This document shows positions 25,229 to 33,684 of a stretch of DNA of 64,000 nt, one piece after another. The translations under genes were made by a program, and so were the position numbers. The stretch's first letter is position 1, and each line of letters starts with the position of its first letter. Under the pieces are notes generated by a model that did no database searches, was not told the origin of the DNA, and worked only from the letters and a program-made list of their open reading frames with translations. Origin of the DNA: an uncultured virus (IMG/VR IMGVR_UViG_3300029925_000021) (Duplodnaviria; Heunggongvirae; Uroviricota; Caudoviricetes); the IMG/VR virus record IMGVR_UViG_3300029925_000021, positions 1 to 64,000 of that record. The stretch is one strand, 5' to 3'.

Positions 25229-26313
25229 GTAGTGTATTAGTACTAGGCAGAGGCGGGATGGGGAGACCTATTGCTGACGCGATGCTTCAATTGGGACATA
25301 GAGTAACCACATTCGATAGTCAGGTCTCAGACTCAGACTATGAAAGCGATGCTGTTGTTTGGTGTGGGGATATAAACAATGAGACTTACACTAGATGTTT
25401 AGCAATCGTACAACCAGACATAGTTATCTCTGCACTACCATACTTTCTTAATATACGGGCAGCAACAGAGTGCGTATTAAGAAGCATCCCCTACTGTGAT
25501 CTAGGAGGCTGTGTTGATGTATCCGCACGTATCAATGAAATGGCAAGCGAAAAAGGTTCTTACGTATTCACCGATCTAGGACTGGCTCCAGGACTAGTAA
25601 ACATCTTGGCGGCACACGAGCACAATCACGCTACGTTTACCGTAGATTCGATAAATATGTACTGCGGAGGGATTCCGAAAGATGCAGACAAATGGCCTTT
25701 CGGATACGTACAAACATGGTCTGGTGACGGTCTATACAATGAGTATAAAGACGACTGTAATATTCTAAAAGACGGAGAGATCGTTACCGTTCCTGCTATG
25801 TCAGGATATCAGCTTAGTGGTGATCCAGAGTGGATGGATCTAGAAGCCTTTTATACTAGCGGAGCAGCGTCTCACTCTCTAAAATACTTCCAAGCACTAG
25901 GAGTGTCTAACTGTGCGTACCGCACTATAAGATGGGCTGGACACGTAGATCAAATCAAGCCTCTGTTAGACACGTTAACTAAAAAAGAGTTTACGAACCT
26001 AATCAATGCGGCATGTAAAGCAGAAGATAATAAACAAGACATAGTATTCTGCGGAATTAACATGGCTAACAAAGGCAACAGTACATCAATCACGTCAAGC
26101 AGAAGCGTAAGCATTGAAGGATGCCCTGACGGAAAACTATCAGCTATGCAACGAGCAACTGCTCTACCCTGTGCTGCTGCGGCACACTGGATTCTCAGTA
26201 AGGTGATATTTGACAAACAGTATTCTTCTGGTAAGCGTCCTCTAAGATATCATCACGTAGACTACATCAAATTTTCGAGTACTTTAACATCATTGGGGAT
26301 CAATCTTGACTAG
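25225..26313 (+). CDS. saccharopine dehydrogenase-family oxidoreductase
   Basis: GRGGMG; SALPY; YCDLGG; GLAPG; YCGG; WS..GL.NEY; T.RW.GH. Confidence 0.85.
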   Translation: MSSVLVLGRGGMGRPIADAMLQLGHRVTTFDSQVSDSDYESDAVVWCGDINNETYTRCLAIVQPDIVISALPYFLNIRAATECVLRSIPYCDLGGCVDVSARINEMASEKGSYVFTDLGLAPGLVNILAAHEHNHATFTVDSINMYCGGIPKDADKWPFGYVQTWSGDGLYNEYKDDCNILKDGEIVTVPAMSGYQLSGDPEWMDLEAFYTSGAASHSLKYFQALGVSNCAYRTIRWAGHVDQIKPLLDTLTKKEFTNLINAACKAEDNKQDIVFCGINMANKGNSTSITSSRSVSIEGCPDGKLSAMQRATALPCAAAAHWILSKVIFDKQYSSGKRPLRYHHVDYIKFSSTLTSLGINLD

Positions 26314-26938
26314 TAACATTGACATTGTAAACGTTGGAAATAAAACTAAAGCATTACATGAGTACGACAACAAGGATTTCGGTACTCTGGATGAATATCT
26401 AGAGATAGCTCGTAGGACTATCGTATCATACGCTGGAGAGATTAGACTTGGTTTGGCAGACGAAATGCTAAAGAACGAGGATGCCGTAGCTAATGTAGCA
26501 CACGCTGTTATGATGGCTGACTGGCACTTCGACGGGAGGGGAGATAAGTTCGGCTTTAGGAAGCAACGAATCAAGTGGGCGATTCGGAATTACATTACCC
26601 GAAAAACCCATAGGCAGTACACCACAACTATAGACGGCGGTGGTCATTGTGCCATGTCATTGAAGGACACCGAGGCTAACATGCCAGACGTGAATATTAA
26701 CCGCGAGGAGATGGCAACGTCTCTACATAAGCTATTGGACAGTGGTTCAATATCAAAGCAAGCGGCTAGTTATCTCAGACAGTACTACCTAGAAGGCTCG
26801 TGTTTGCAGCAAATTGCCGACAGAAGAGGTGTGACCAAACAAGGAGTACAGCAACTAATCACCTCATCCTTACGAGTCTTAAAAGAAACTATCACTAATG
26901 ACCACTATTTTCGGGGTATAATAGACTATAATGAATAA
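26306..26938 (+). CDS. sigma70-like factor (region 4 HTH)
   Basis: Region-2-like KWAIRNY; YYLEG..LQQIADRRGVTKQGVQQ. Confidence 0.75.
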   Translation: MTSNIDIVNVGNKTKALHEYDNKDFGTLDEYLEIARRTIVSYAGEIRLGLADEMLKNEDAVANVAHAVMMADWHFDGRGDKFGFRKQRIKWAIRNYITRKTHRQYTTTIDGGGHCAMSLKDTEANMPDVNINREEMATSLHKLLDSGSISKQAASYLRQYYLEGSCLQQIADRRGVTKQGVQQLITSSLRVLKETITNDHYFRGIIDYNE

Positions 26939-27284
26939 GATTTCACTAGTAGTGCTGACCATAGACTGGTCCAACACAAAGTTTTACATGCTCTGTCCCA
27001 AAACTGGGTGGGCTACTTTTACGGAGGACTGTGAAGCACAAATTCCAATGATACTAGCTCAGAAACTACTGGCAAAACACACTAACGTCTCTGCGGAATG
27101 GGCTGATATTAAACTTAGTAATGCAGTGCGAGGGACAGATGGGTTAGTATTAATTTATACCTGTGTAGTTCCGCATGTTACTACTGCCATACATCCTGAT
27201 TACAAGTGGCAAGAGGTTAGTGAGATGCCAGAAGACGTAGACGAACATTCTACCGTGATTAAAGCTATAGGAGGAATACATTAA
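26931..27284 (+). CDS. hypothetical protein
   Basis: Coupled ORF. Confidence 0.7.
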   Translation: MNKISLVVLTIDWSNTKFYMLCPKTGWATFTEDCEAQIPMILAQKLLAKHTNVSAEWADIKLSNAVRGTDGLVLIYTCVVPHVTTAIHPDYKWQEVSEMPEDVDEHSTVIKAIGGIH

Positions 27285-27796
27285 TGGCATGGTTAGATAG
27301 ACTATTCGGAGTTGATAAACTATCCGATGAAGATATAATAGCAAGGCAAGAACAAGTCCAGATTCTCACTCAAGAACAAGTTCTAGGTGAAGACTTCGAC
27401 TTTAACGCAGAACTAACGGAAGACGATCAGAAACTATTAGAATCTTTAGAGGCCAATCAACAGGTAACACAGTCTAGAGAAAATAATATTATGGCAGTAG
27501 TAGACTTTAGTGTAACTAAAGATGGTCAATTAGACATGGAGATTAGATGGGATGAAGAATCAGATTATACTGCTGATTCGTTAGGTAGACTACTATATCA
27601 TATAACATCTGGTACGTTTACCGAAGGTCTCTCTACGATACTGTTAAACATACGTGAGAAAAATCCAAAGGCTACGCCCTTTATTGAGAGGTGCTTTAAG
27701 TCATGGAGGTCTCATAAGGACGATGAAACAATGGTTAAACCTTCTACCGTATTTAAGATGGGTCAACAATTTAGCAAAGGATCAAAACCACAGTGA
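27284..27796 (+). CDS. hypothetical protein
   Basis: AGGAGG RBS; coupled ORF. Confidence 0.75.
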   Translation: MAWLDRLFGVDKLSDEDIIARQEQVQILTQEQVLGEDFDFNAELTEDDQKLLESLEANQQVTQSRENNIMAVVDFSVTKDGQLDMEIRWDEESDYTADSLGRLLYHITSGTFTEGLSTILLNIREKNPKATPFIERCFKSWRSHKDDETMVKPSTVFKMGQQFSKGSKPQ

Positions 27797-28749
27797 AAAA
27801 ATACCTCGATATAGTCAAGCACGTTCTAGACAATGGAAAAGTTAAAAAGCCAGTACGCAGAAACGCGGATGGTAAGTGGGAACCAGTGGATGGTGGAGTC
27901 TCTACTCTCGCTTGCCCCAACGTGTGCTTTAGTCACGATATGTCTGAGGGGTTTCCTTTACTAACCTCAAAGAAGATGGCCTGGAAGGCTATTAGGGTAG
28001 AGCTTGAGGGATTCATTCGGGGAGTTACTTCTAAGACGTGGTTTCAGGATCGGGGTTGTAAGATATGGGACGAGTGGGGTAATCCGAAGAAGGTTAGAGA
28101 ACTTCTAATAGCAGAAGCGGAAAAGCATCCAGGTATGTCTCCAGACGATCCAGCAAATGTTAAGATAGCACAACAAGATGAATATGACCTCGGACCTATC
28201 TATGGCTATCAATGGCGTAGATTCAATCAGGCATACGACGAAGACGACAACGGCTGGACAGACGCTCGCGTATTAGAAGATGCGGATCAACTAAAACGCA
28301 TCGTAGAGACACTACGGACTAATCCTATGGATAGACGCATGGTATGTTCCGCATGGAATCCTCTGCATGTAACGAGGATGGCCCTGCCTCCCTGTCACTA
28401 CTCGTGGAACGTAACAGTCATAGGTGACGAACTTAACCTGTTCTGGGCGCAGAGATCATGCGACCTTATGCTTGGAGTTCCGTTTAACATAGCTTCCTAT
28501 GCACTACTACTAGAGCTACTGGCTCACGACTCTGGTTTCAAGCCTGGGAACCTGTCAGGTATGCTAGTGGACTGTCATATATATGAGAACCAGCTTGAAG
28601 CAGCCGCACAGCAGATAACAAGAGAGCCTAATGAATTACCTACGTTGAAGTTTGACCATAACGATATCTTTAATTGGCGATACCAAGACGCACACATCCT
28701 TGATTACAATCCACTACCTAAAATAGATTTCGGAGCACCTATTGTTTAA
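27793..28749 (+). CDS. thyA: thymidylate synthase
   Basis: GFPLLT.KK; LGPIYGYQWR; MALPPCH; QRSCD..LGVPFNIASY; DCHIYEN. Confidence 0.97.
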   Translation: MKKYLDIVKHVLDNGKVKKPVRRNADGKWEPVDGGVSTLACPNVCFSHDMSEGFPLLTSKKMAWKAIRVELEGFIRGVTSKTWFQDRGCKIWDEWGNPKKVRELLIAEAEKHPGMSPDDPANVKIAQQDEYDLGPIYGYQWRRFNQAYDEDDNGWTDARVLEDADQLKRIVETLRTNPMDRRMVCSAWNPLHVTRMALPPCHYSWNVTVIGDELNLFWAQRSCDLMLGVPFNIASYALLLELLAHDSGFKPGNLSGMLVDCHIYENQLEAAAQQITREPNELPTLKFDHNDIFNWRYQDAHILDYNPLPKIDFGAPIV

Positions 28750-29212
28750 CAAAATAGTAAAGCCCGTTAAGCGGCAGATAGCCTGGGAAAAATGGAGAGA
28801 TCCATTTGGATCAGACATAGAAGCACATGAGCTTCCTAATAGAACCCCAATAGAAGAAGATGACATAGATGATTTAATAGCAGAGAACGAACACGGCGAA
28901 GACATTGATGATCTATTAGATACTGAGAAAGAGGTTAAGATCGCGGTGATGACAACCTCGATGGGCATGATCCCCATGATGGAACACACTAGGGCTGGTG
29001 CTCTGTTTAACTTCTGGACTGCACACACCAACTTCCGCATGACTAAAACTCTCTTTGATATCATAGAAGATACTCACGGAGTAGAGTCTCTAGATGTAAT
29101 GACCAGCTATAGGTGGCGCATAGCAATAGGTAAAGCCTTCAAGAGCCATGTGGTCAAGCAGGCTCTGACACAAAACCTAAGTGCAACGCCTTTAGTTATA
29201 GAGGAGTCGTAA
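28742..29212 (+). CDS. hypothetical phage protein
   Basis: Coupled ORF; FNFW..HTNF motif. Confidence 0.7.
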   Translation: MFNKIVKPVKRQIAWEKWRDPFGSDIEAHELPNRTPIEEDDIDDLIAENEHGEDIDDLLDTEKEVKIAVMTTSMGMIPMMEHTRAGALFNFWTAHTNFRMTKTLFDIIEDTHGVESLDVMTSYRWRIAIGKAFKSHVVKQALTQNLSATPLVIEES

Positions 29213-29880
29213 TGCCAAGACGCAATCTGGATCAACAGCATTCTATTGTAGAAGCTGCGCATGAATACAACATCATGCTGGACAGTCGAGAAATCTTTCT
29301 GCATGGAGAAGTAGGTGAAGACCTGAGTAAGGGATTCCTCACCAACCTCCAGATTCTACTATCTCGTACAGATGAAGCTCCCATTACTATACATCAGTTT
29401 GGTTTAGGTGGAGACTGGTGCTCTGGCGTAGCTATCTTCGATGCTATAACACTGTGTCCATGCCCCATAGTCTTTGTGTGTCATGGTATCGCCGCTTCTA
29501 TGAGTAGTATTATCCCGATGGCATGTTCACAGAGAGAGCAAGCTTATTGTATCAATATGCCCAATTGTGACTGGTTGATCCACGACGGAACAACAGGGAT
29601 CATGCAGGATATGACTCACAAACAAGCTCAATCCTGGAGTGAGTGGGAGAAGAGACTAAAGGAAGACACTCTAGACTGGTACACTCTGTCATGTTCCGAA
29701 GGAGAGGTGTATAAAAACAGATCGGACAAACAGATTAGAGCTTCAATAAAACAGAAACTAGACTCTAAAGAGGACTGGTGGCTTACCGCGAGAGAAGCTG
29801 TAGAGCACGGATTTGCCGATGCTATACTAGGCGACGAAGGATTCGCGTCTTTGAAAGAGATCAGATCGGAATTCATATAA
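29212..29880 (+). CDS. ClpP-like protease
   Basis: REIFLHGEV; AASM (Ser); LIH (His); DWWLTA.EAV..GFAD. Confidence 0.85.
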   Translation: MPRRNLDQQHSIVEAAHEYNIMLDSREIFLHGEVGEDLSKGFLTNLQILLSRTDEAPITIHQFGLGGDWCSGVAIFDAITLCPCPIVFVCHGIAASMSSIIPMACSQREQAYCINMPNCDWLIHDGTTGIMQDMTHKQAQSWSEWEKRLKEDTLDWYTLSCSEGEVYKNRSDKQIRASIKQKLDSKEDWWLTAREAVEHGFADAILGDEGFASLKEIRSEFI

Positions 29881-29883
29881 TCC

Positions 29884-30537
29884 ATGAACGATATACTACT
29901 AGAGTATGCGTGCTATGACGAGATACTGACAGACGTAATCAAGGTAAATGTATTTAAGGCTCTGGACCTCGGAGCTAAGAGTATATCTGTACCGACAACA
30001 CACATGTCTGCCGTAGCAGCTTTCATTCCCGCTGGTATCACACTCTCCTGCCCCATAGACTATCCCAATGGTAGATCAGACACCGCTCTACGAGTACATT
30101 CCGTAGTGAAGTCGGTGAATCAGGGTGCTACATCAGTAGATATAGTGGCCAGTTCAGTGCTGTTCCGAAACCAAAAAGAAAAAGACTTCATACATGATCT
30201 CAAGACCTTAAAGGGTGTGGCAGACGAAAAAAGTGTCACGATGCGAGTCATGGCAGACTATCGTAAGACCGACGACGGTAAGCAATTCCGCAAGGTACTT
30301 GAACTTATTAAAGCTGCGGGAATTGAGTACGTTTACTGCTCTACTGGGTGCTACGTAGACGATGCTGTTGATAATGTCATCTTATGTAACATGGCACAGA
30401 AAGATTTCGGACTGTCTGCTATAGCCAATGGTAATATATATTTGCCTAAACATGTGGAAGCTGCCGAGGGTGCTAATCTCTTTGGTGTTAGGTTCAGTAA
30501 GATTAAAGCTATGGAAAACTGTGTAGTCGGTGTATAA
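29884..30537 (+). CDS. DeoC (deoxyribose-phosphate aldolase)-like TIM barrel, apparently lacking the Schiff-base Lys
   Basis: IDYPNG; GA..VDIV; YCSTG in place of KTSTG. Confidence 0.7.
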   Translation: MNDILLEYACYDEILTDVIKVNVFKALDLGAKSISVPTTHMSAVAAFIPAGITLSCPIDYPNGRSDTALRVHSVVKSVNQGATSVDIVASSVLFRNQKEKDFIHDLKTLKGVADEKSVTMRVMADYRKTDDGKQFRKVLELIKAAGIEYVYCSTGCYVDDAVDNVILCNMAQKDFGLSAIANGNIYLPKHVEAAEGANLFGVRFSKIKAMENCVVGV

Positions 30538-30538
30538 T
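30529..30538 (+). promoter_or_regulatory. GGTGTATAAT extended -10 promoter
   Basis: Repeated decamer upstream of a probable virion gene. Confidence 0.55.
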
Positions 30539-30605
30539 ATACTGAACAGGATTTACTCATAGGAATACTAGGATAAATGCGTTACCAAATATAGAAGGTA
30601 ACAAC

Positions 30606-31418
30606 ATGTCAAATTACACATTATTTCCCGACGCAGATAAGCGTCAAACAGACGACACGGCGATCACAGCCCTTACTTCTACCGTTATAGACGGTGGTAC
30701 TGGCTTCGCTCTCGGTATAGCTGTTCCTGCTGGTCCTCTGACCGCACATCTTCAACTTGGTGGACGCGCAGAAGTTCACGGTTCTCAAGTGATTCAAAGC
30801 CGCGATTTATTCGGTGCTTTCCATGCTGCTGATGTGACTCTTACATCTGTTGCGGATGACGGTAACGGTTTCGCTGATTACACTCTCGTTGGCCACTTAC
30901 TTAGTGTTGGCGATGTGATTAACGTCACTGGTTCTACTGCTGGTGGTGTTGACGGTGTTCAAAAAGTAACATCCGTTCCTGATGCCAACAGCATTGTTAC
31001 TGACCAACCATACGTTGCGTCTGCTACTGCTGGTGTATACAACATCGTGGCTGGTACTTTTGCTACCATGACAGAAGAAGCTTACATCATGCGAGGCTTT
31101 GCTCAAAGTGCCGCTGGTGGTCAGTACACTTACACTGGATTCGGTAACGACTTCGGTATTCGTAGAAGCATTCACAAGCTAGAGTTCATGAGAACTAACC
31201 GAGTGGCTACTGCTATTCGTGCTGGTTTCTGGGATATCTTTGCTGGTGTCTTCACTACCGCTCCTACTGTAGCAAACGACGAACCTACTATGGGTCAAGA
31301 TGATGCAGCTAATCCAACTTACGCTATTCCTGGCGAACTGGTTTATCGTGTATCTGGTCAGCAAGACGGTGCTACCTTCGGTATTATCCAAGATAACTAC
31401 GAAGCTAAAACTGGTTAA
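30606..31418 (+). CDS. probable virion structural protein
   Basis: G/A/T/V-rich beta-type sequence; GHLLSVGDVINVTG module; GGT/ACT/GCT codon bias; own promoter and terminator. Confidence 0.55.
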   Translation: MSNYTLFPDADKRQTDDTAITALTSTVIDGGTGFALGIAVPAGPLTAHLQLGGRAEVHGSQVIQSRDLFGAFHAADVTLTSVADDGNGFADYTLVGHLLSVGDVINVTGSTAGGVDGVQKVTSVPDANSIVTDQPYVASATAGVYNIVAGTFATMTEEAYIMRGFAQSAAGGQYTYTGFGNDFGIRRSIHKLEFMRTNRVATAIRAGFWDIFAGVFTTAPTVANDEPTMGQDDAANPTYAIPGELVYRVSGQQDGATFGIIQDNYEAKTG

Positions 31419-31449
31419 TCAATACTCTTTGAGTATATAGTTTTTATAT

Positions 31450-31485
31450 GGCCATCGGTTAGGCAACTGGCCGATGGCTTTTTTT
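31450..31485 (+). terminator. intrinsic terminator
   Basis: GGCCATCGGTTAG-GCAA-CTGGCCGATGGCT followed by a T tract. Confidence 0.9.
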
Positions 31486-31506
31486 AACCTACAGAGAGTA
31501 CACATC

Positions 31507-31794
31507 ATGGCAACTAAGAACGACTACATGTTAAAACTAGCGGGATATGCTGTAACAGTCTTTGTAACGATAGTTATAACTATGACTGGTTTCTGGATGA
31601 TGGTTGGTAGAGACTTCGTGACTAAATCAGAAGTTGATAAGATGATAGACCTGAGAGTTACTGCCATAGAGCAGCGAGAAGAGAAGTTTGATAAGGTAAT
31701 AGAGAAAAATACCGAAGCTATACAACGACTAGAAATACAGATAGCGATACTAAACAAAACCCTGGAATTACGATATGACGCTGGAAAAGATTAA
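31507..31794 (+). CDS. single-TM coiled-coil protein (possible holin-like)
   Basis: N-terminal TM plus coiled coil; start moved to ATG 31507, downstream of the terminator. Confidence 0.55.
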   Translation: MATKNDYMLKLAGYAVTVFVTIVITMTGFWMMVGRDFVTKSEVDKMIDLRVTAIEQREEKFDKVIEKNTEAIQRLEIQIAILNKTLELRYDAGKD

Positions 31795-32413
31795 CCTAGA
31801 TTTTGCCCAAGCAAAAGAGCTTTTGCACGAGGGAGACATTTTATTGTTTAGGGGGAGTGGTATTGCCTCCTTTTTTATTCAACGTGCCTCAGAGGGCGAA
31901 TACAGCCACGTAGGGGTCGCTTCCTGCCACGGTACTAACGGTGGCAAGATGTGGGAATGCGTGGAGTTTCGAGAATGGAAAGGTGGGCGAGTTGTCAACC
32001 TGGAAAGGTATGTTAAGCAGCACAGTGGACGTATAGATGTTTATAGACCAGTTAGTAGTAAAAAGTCCCTATCTTATGACCCAGAGACTAATATAGTACG
32101 AGAAGTAGAGACGGGTTTCAATGGTAAGGGTGTTACAAACATCATGAGACGCATGACTGGCCTACCATACGGATGGAAACGTATACTGTGGATAGCTCAG
32201 CATAAGATAGCATTTCTAAGACTATTCTATTCTATGGACTCAGTGGTAGACGACTCTACAAAAGATCCTGTATACCCAGTATGTAGTACGGCTCTAGCAT
32301 ACGCAAATTCTCGCGTGAACTACGACATATTACACCACAGAGCGGACAAGGCGACCGAGCCTTCTGACTTCGCGCGCTCCCCGCTCACCCATTATCTTTT
32401 TACTTTGAAGTAA
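31775..32413 (+). CDS. permuted papain-like NlpC/P60 (YiiX/YebB-like) enzyme
   Basis: GDILLF; YSHVG; G.PY; VCST; P.D. Confidence 0.8.
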   Translation: MTLEKINLDFAQAKELLHEGDILLFRGSGIASFFIQRASEGEYSHVGVASCHGTNGGKMWECVEFREWKGGRVVNLERYVKQHSGRIDVYRPVSSKKSLSYDPETNIVREVETGFNGKGVTNIMRRMTGLPYGWKRILWIAQHKIAFLRLFYSMDSVVDDSTKDPVYPVCSTALAYANSRVNYDILHHRADKATEPSDFARSPLTHYLFTLK

Positions 32414-32438
32414 ATTTCTAGATTTATGACGTTTCAGG

Positions 32439-32467
32439 TTGACAACAGGCACTTCTCAGAGTATATG
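32439..32467 (+). promoter_or_regulatory. sigma70-type promoter
   Basis: TTGACA-17 nt-TATATG. Confidence 0.6.
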
Positions 32468-32522
32468 TATTGCAGAGAAAGAAATTGATATAGGAATAAC
32501 TTTACACAGGATTAATGATTAA

Positions 32523-33107
32523 ATGGCCGAAATTATTGATGGGGACAAGCATCATCTAGTATGGCACGACGAGAAGGGAACAGCAAGGCTAAGACTCAAG
32601 AAGTTACAATCGTTACTAGCCGAGTTAAACTATCCAGAACCAGTAGAGACGGAAAAACAGTCTCCTCATACTACATACATGAATCAGGCGTTTGAAGCAA
32701 GCTACCGTAGTCCAGACGCACAGACCAAACACGGTTGTGTAATAGTGTCGGCAGACGGTCATCTGTTATCTACTGGTTACAACGGTTTCCCCAGGAATAT
32801 AGACTATTCTCTTCTGCCCAACACACGTCCCCACAAATACGCCTGGATGCGACACGCCGAGAGAAACGCCCTAGCGTGGTGCGAGACAAGACCTATCAAT
32901 GCCACAGCCTATGTAACTGGAGAATCGTGCAACGAATGTCTTATGACTATGTGGCAACACGGAATCACTAGAGTATTCCAAGCTGAAAGACACGGTAGTG
33001 CTCTTATATCAGAGGAAGATAGAAAAGTCCGCGAAGTCTTCCTACATTTATCGCACATGGCAGTCATAAAACTAGACGTTACAGAACTTTTGAAAAATTA
33101 TAACTAG
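32523..33107 (+). CDS. dCMP deaminase
   Basis: RSPD..T..GCVIV; TGYNG; HAERNA; SCNEC. Confidence 0.9.
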   Translation: MAEIIDGDKHHLVWHDEKGTARLRLKKLQSLLAELNYPEPVETEKQSPHTTYMNQAFEASYRSPDAQTKHGCVIVSADGHLLSTGYNGFPRNIDYSLLPNTRPHKYAWMRHAERNALAWCETRPINATAYVTGESCNECLMTMWQHGITRVFQAERHGSALISEEDRKVREVFLHLSHMAVIKLDVTELLKNYN

Positions 33108-33131
33108 CCACCATGCACAACCTAAGTGCGC

Positions 33132-33141
33132 GGTGTATAAT
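33132..33141 (+). promoter_or_regulatory. GGTGTATAAT extended -10 promoter
   Basis: Intergenic repeated decamer. Confidence 0.6.
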
Positions 33142-33146
33142 AAGTG

Positions 33147-33309
33147 TGAGTCGGGTTAAAATGACAGATAGGCTAAGCCTGATCCGTTAAAGCGACACAT
33201 TCCGACTCAGTTACCATCTCATGCAAGTAGATAAATTTATAGATAAAGCAACATGCTAAAACAATTTTGTTTAGAGGTTGAACACAAACACCTGTATCTC
33301 TTGCGTGGG
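33147..33309 (+). ncRNA. two tandem structured RNA elements in the leader of the nrdJ operon
   Basis: TGAGTCGGG/TCCGACTCA and CTCATGCAAG.AGATA/TATCT.CTTGCGTGGG stems. Confidence 0.4.
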
Positions 33310-33354
33310 AATTGGTGTGTCGCTACATAATAATATGCCCGTGGTGCGTTATGC

Positions 33355-33684
33355 ATGACGGGTTTTCTAATTAACCAGGAGAGATTTAGGATGTTAATAG
33401 ATTTTCACAAGCCTCCAACTAAAGCGTTTGAACTTACGTTACCATTGAAAGATGTTAATGGAGACCTTACGGGTAAGTTTAAGACCTACCGAACAGACAG
33501 TGCTTATAAGCTATGGGAATTCCATCAGGCTAATATGCCTAAGCGTAAGAAGAGAAAGAAGAAGATGGTAAAGACCAAAGGAGGTCGTTACAAAGCGGAG
33601 TCCCTGCCTAATAAGGATCAGGCTGACCAAATTATGAAATCAATTCACAACACGGAAGAAAACAAGAATGTCGAGCGCAACTAA
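33355..33684 (+). CDS. hypothetical basic protein
   Basis: Likely start ATG 33391 after AGGAG; K-rich. Confidence 0.7.
   Translation: MTGFLINQERFRMLIDFHKPPTKAFELTLPLKDVNGDLTGKFKTYRTDSAYKLWEFHQANMPKRKKRKKKMVKTKGGRYKAESLPNKDQADQIMKSIHNTEENKNVERN

Noticed and set aside
33147..33360. Cobalamin riboswitch upstream of nrdJ
   Set aside because: No recognisable B12-box or conserved GGGAA...GCCACTG core
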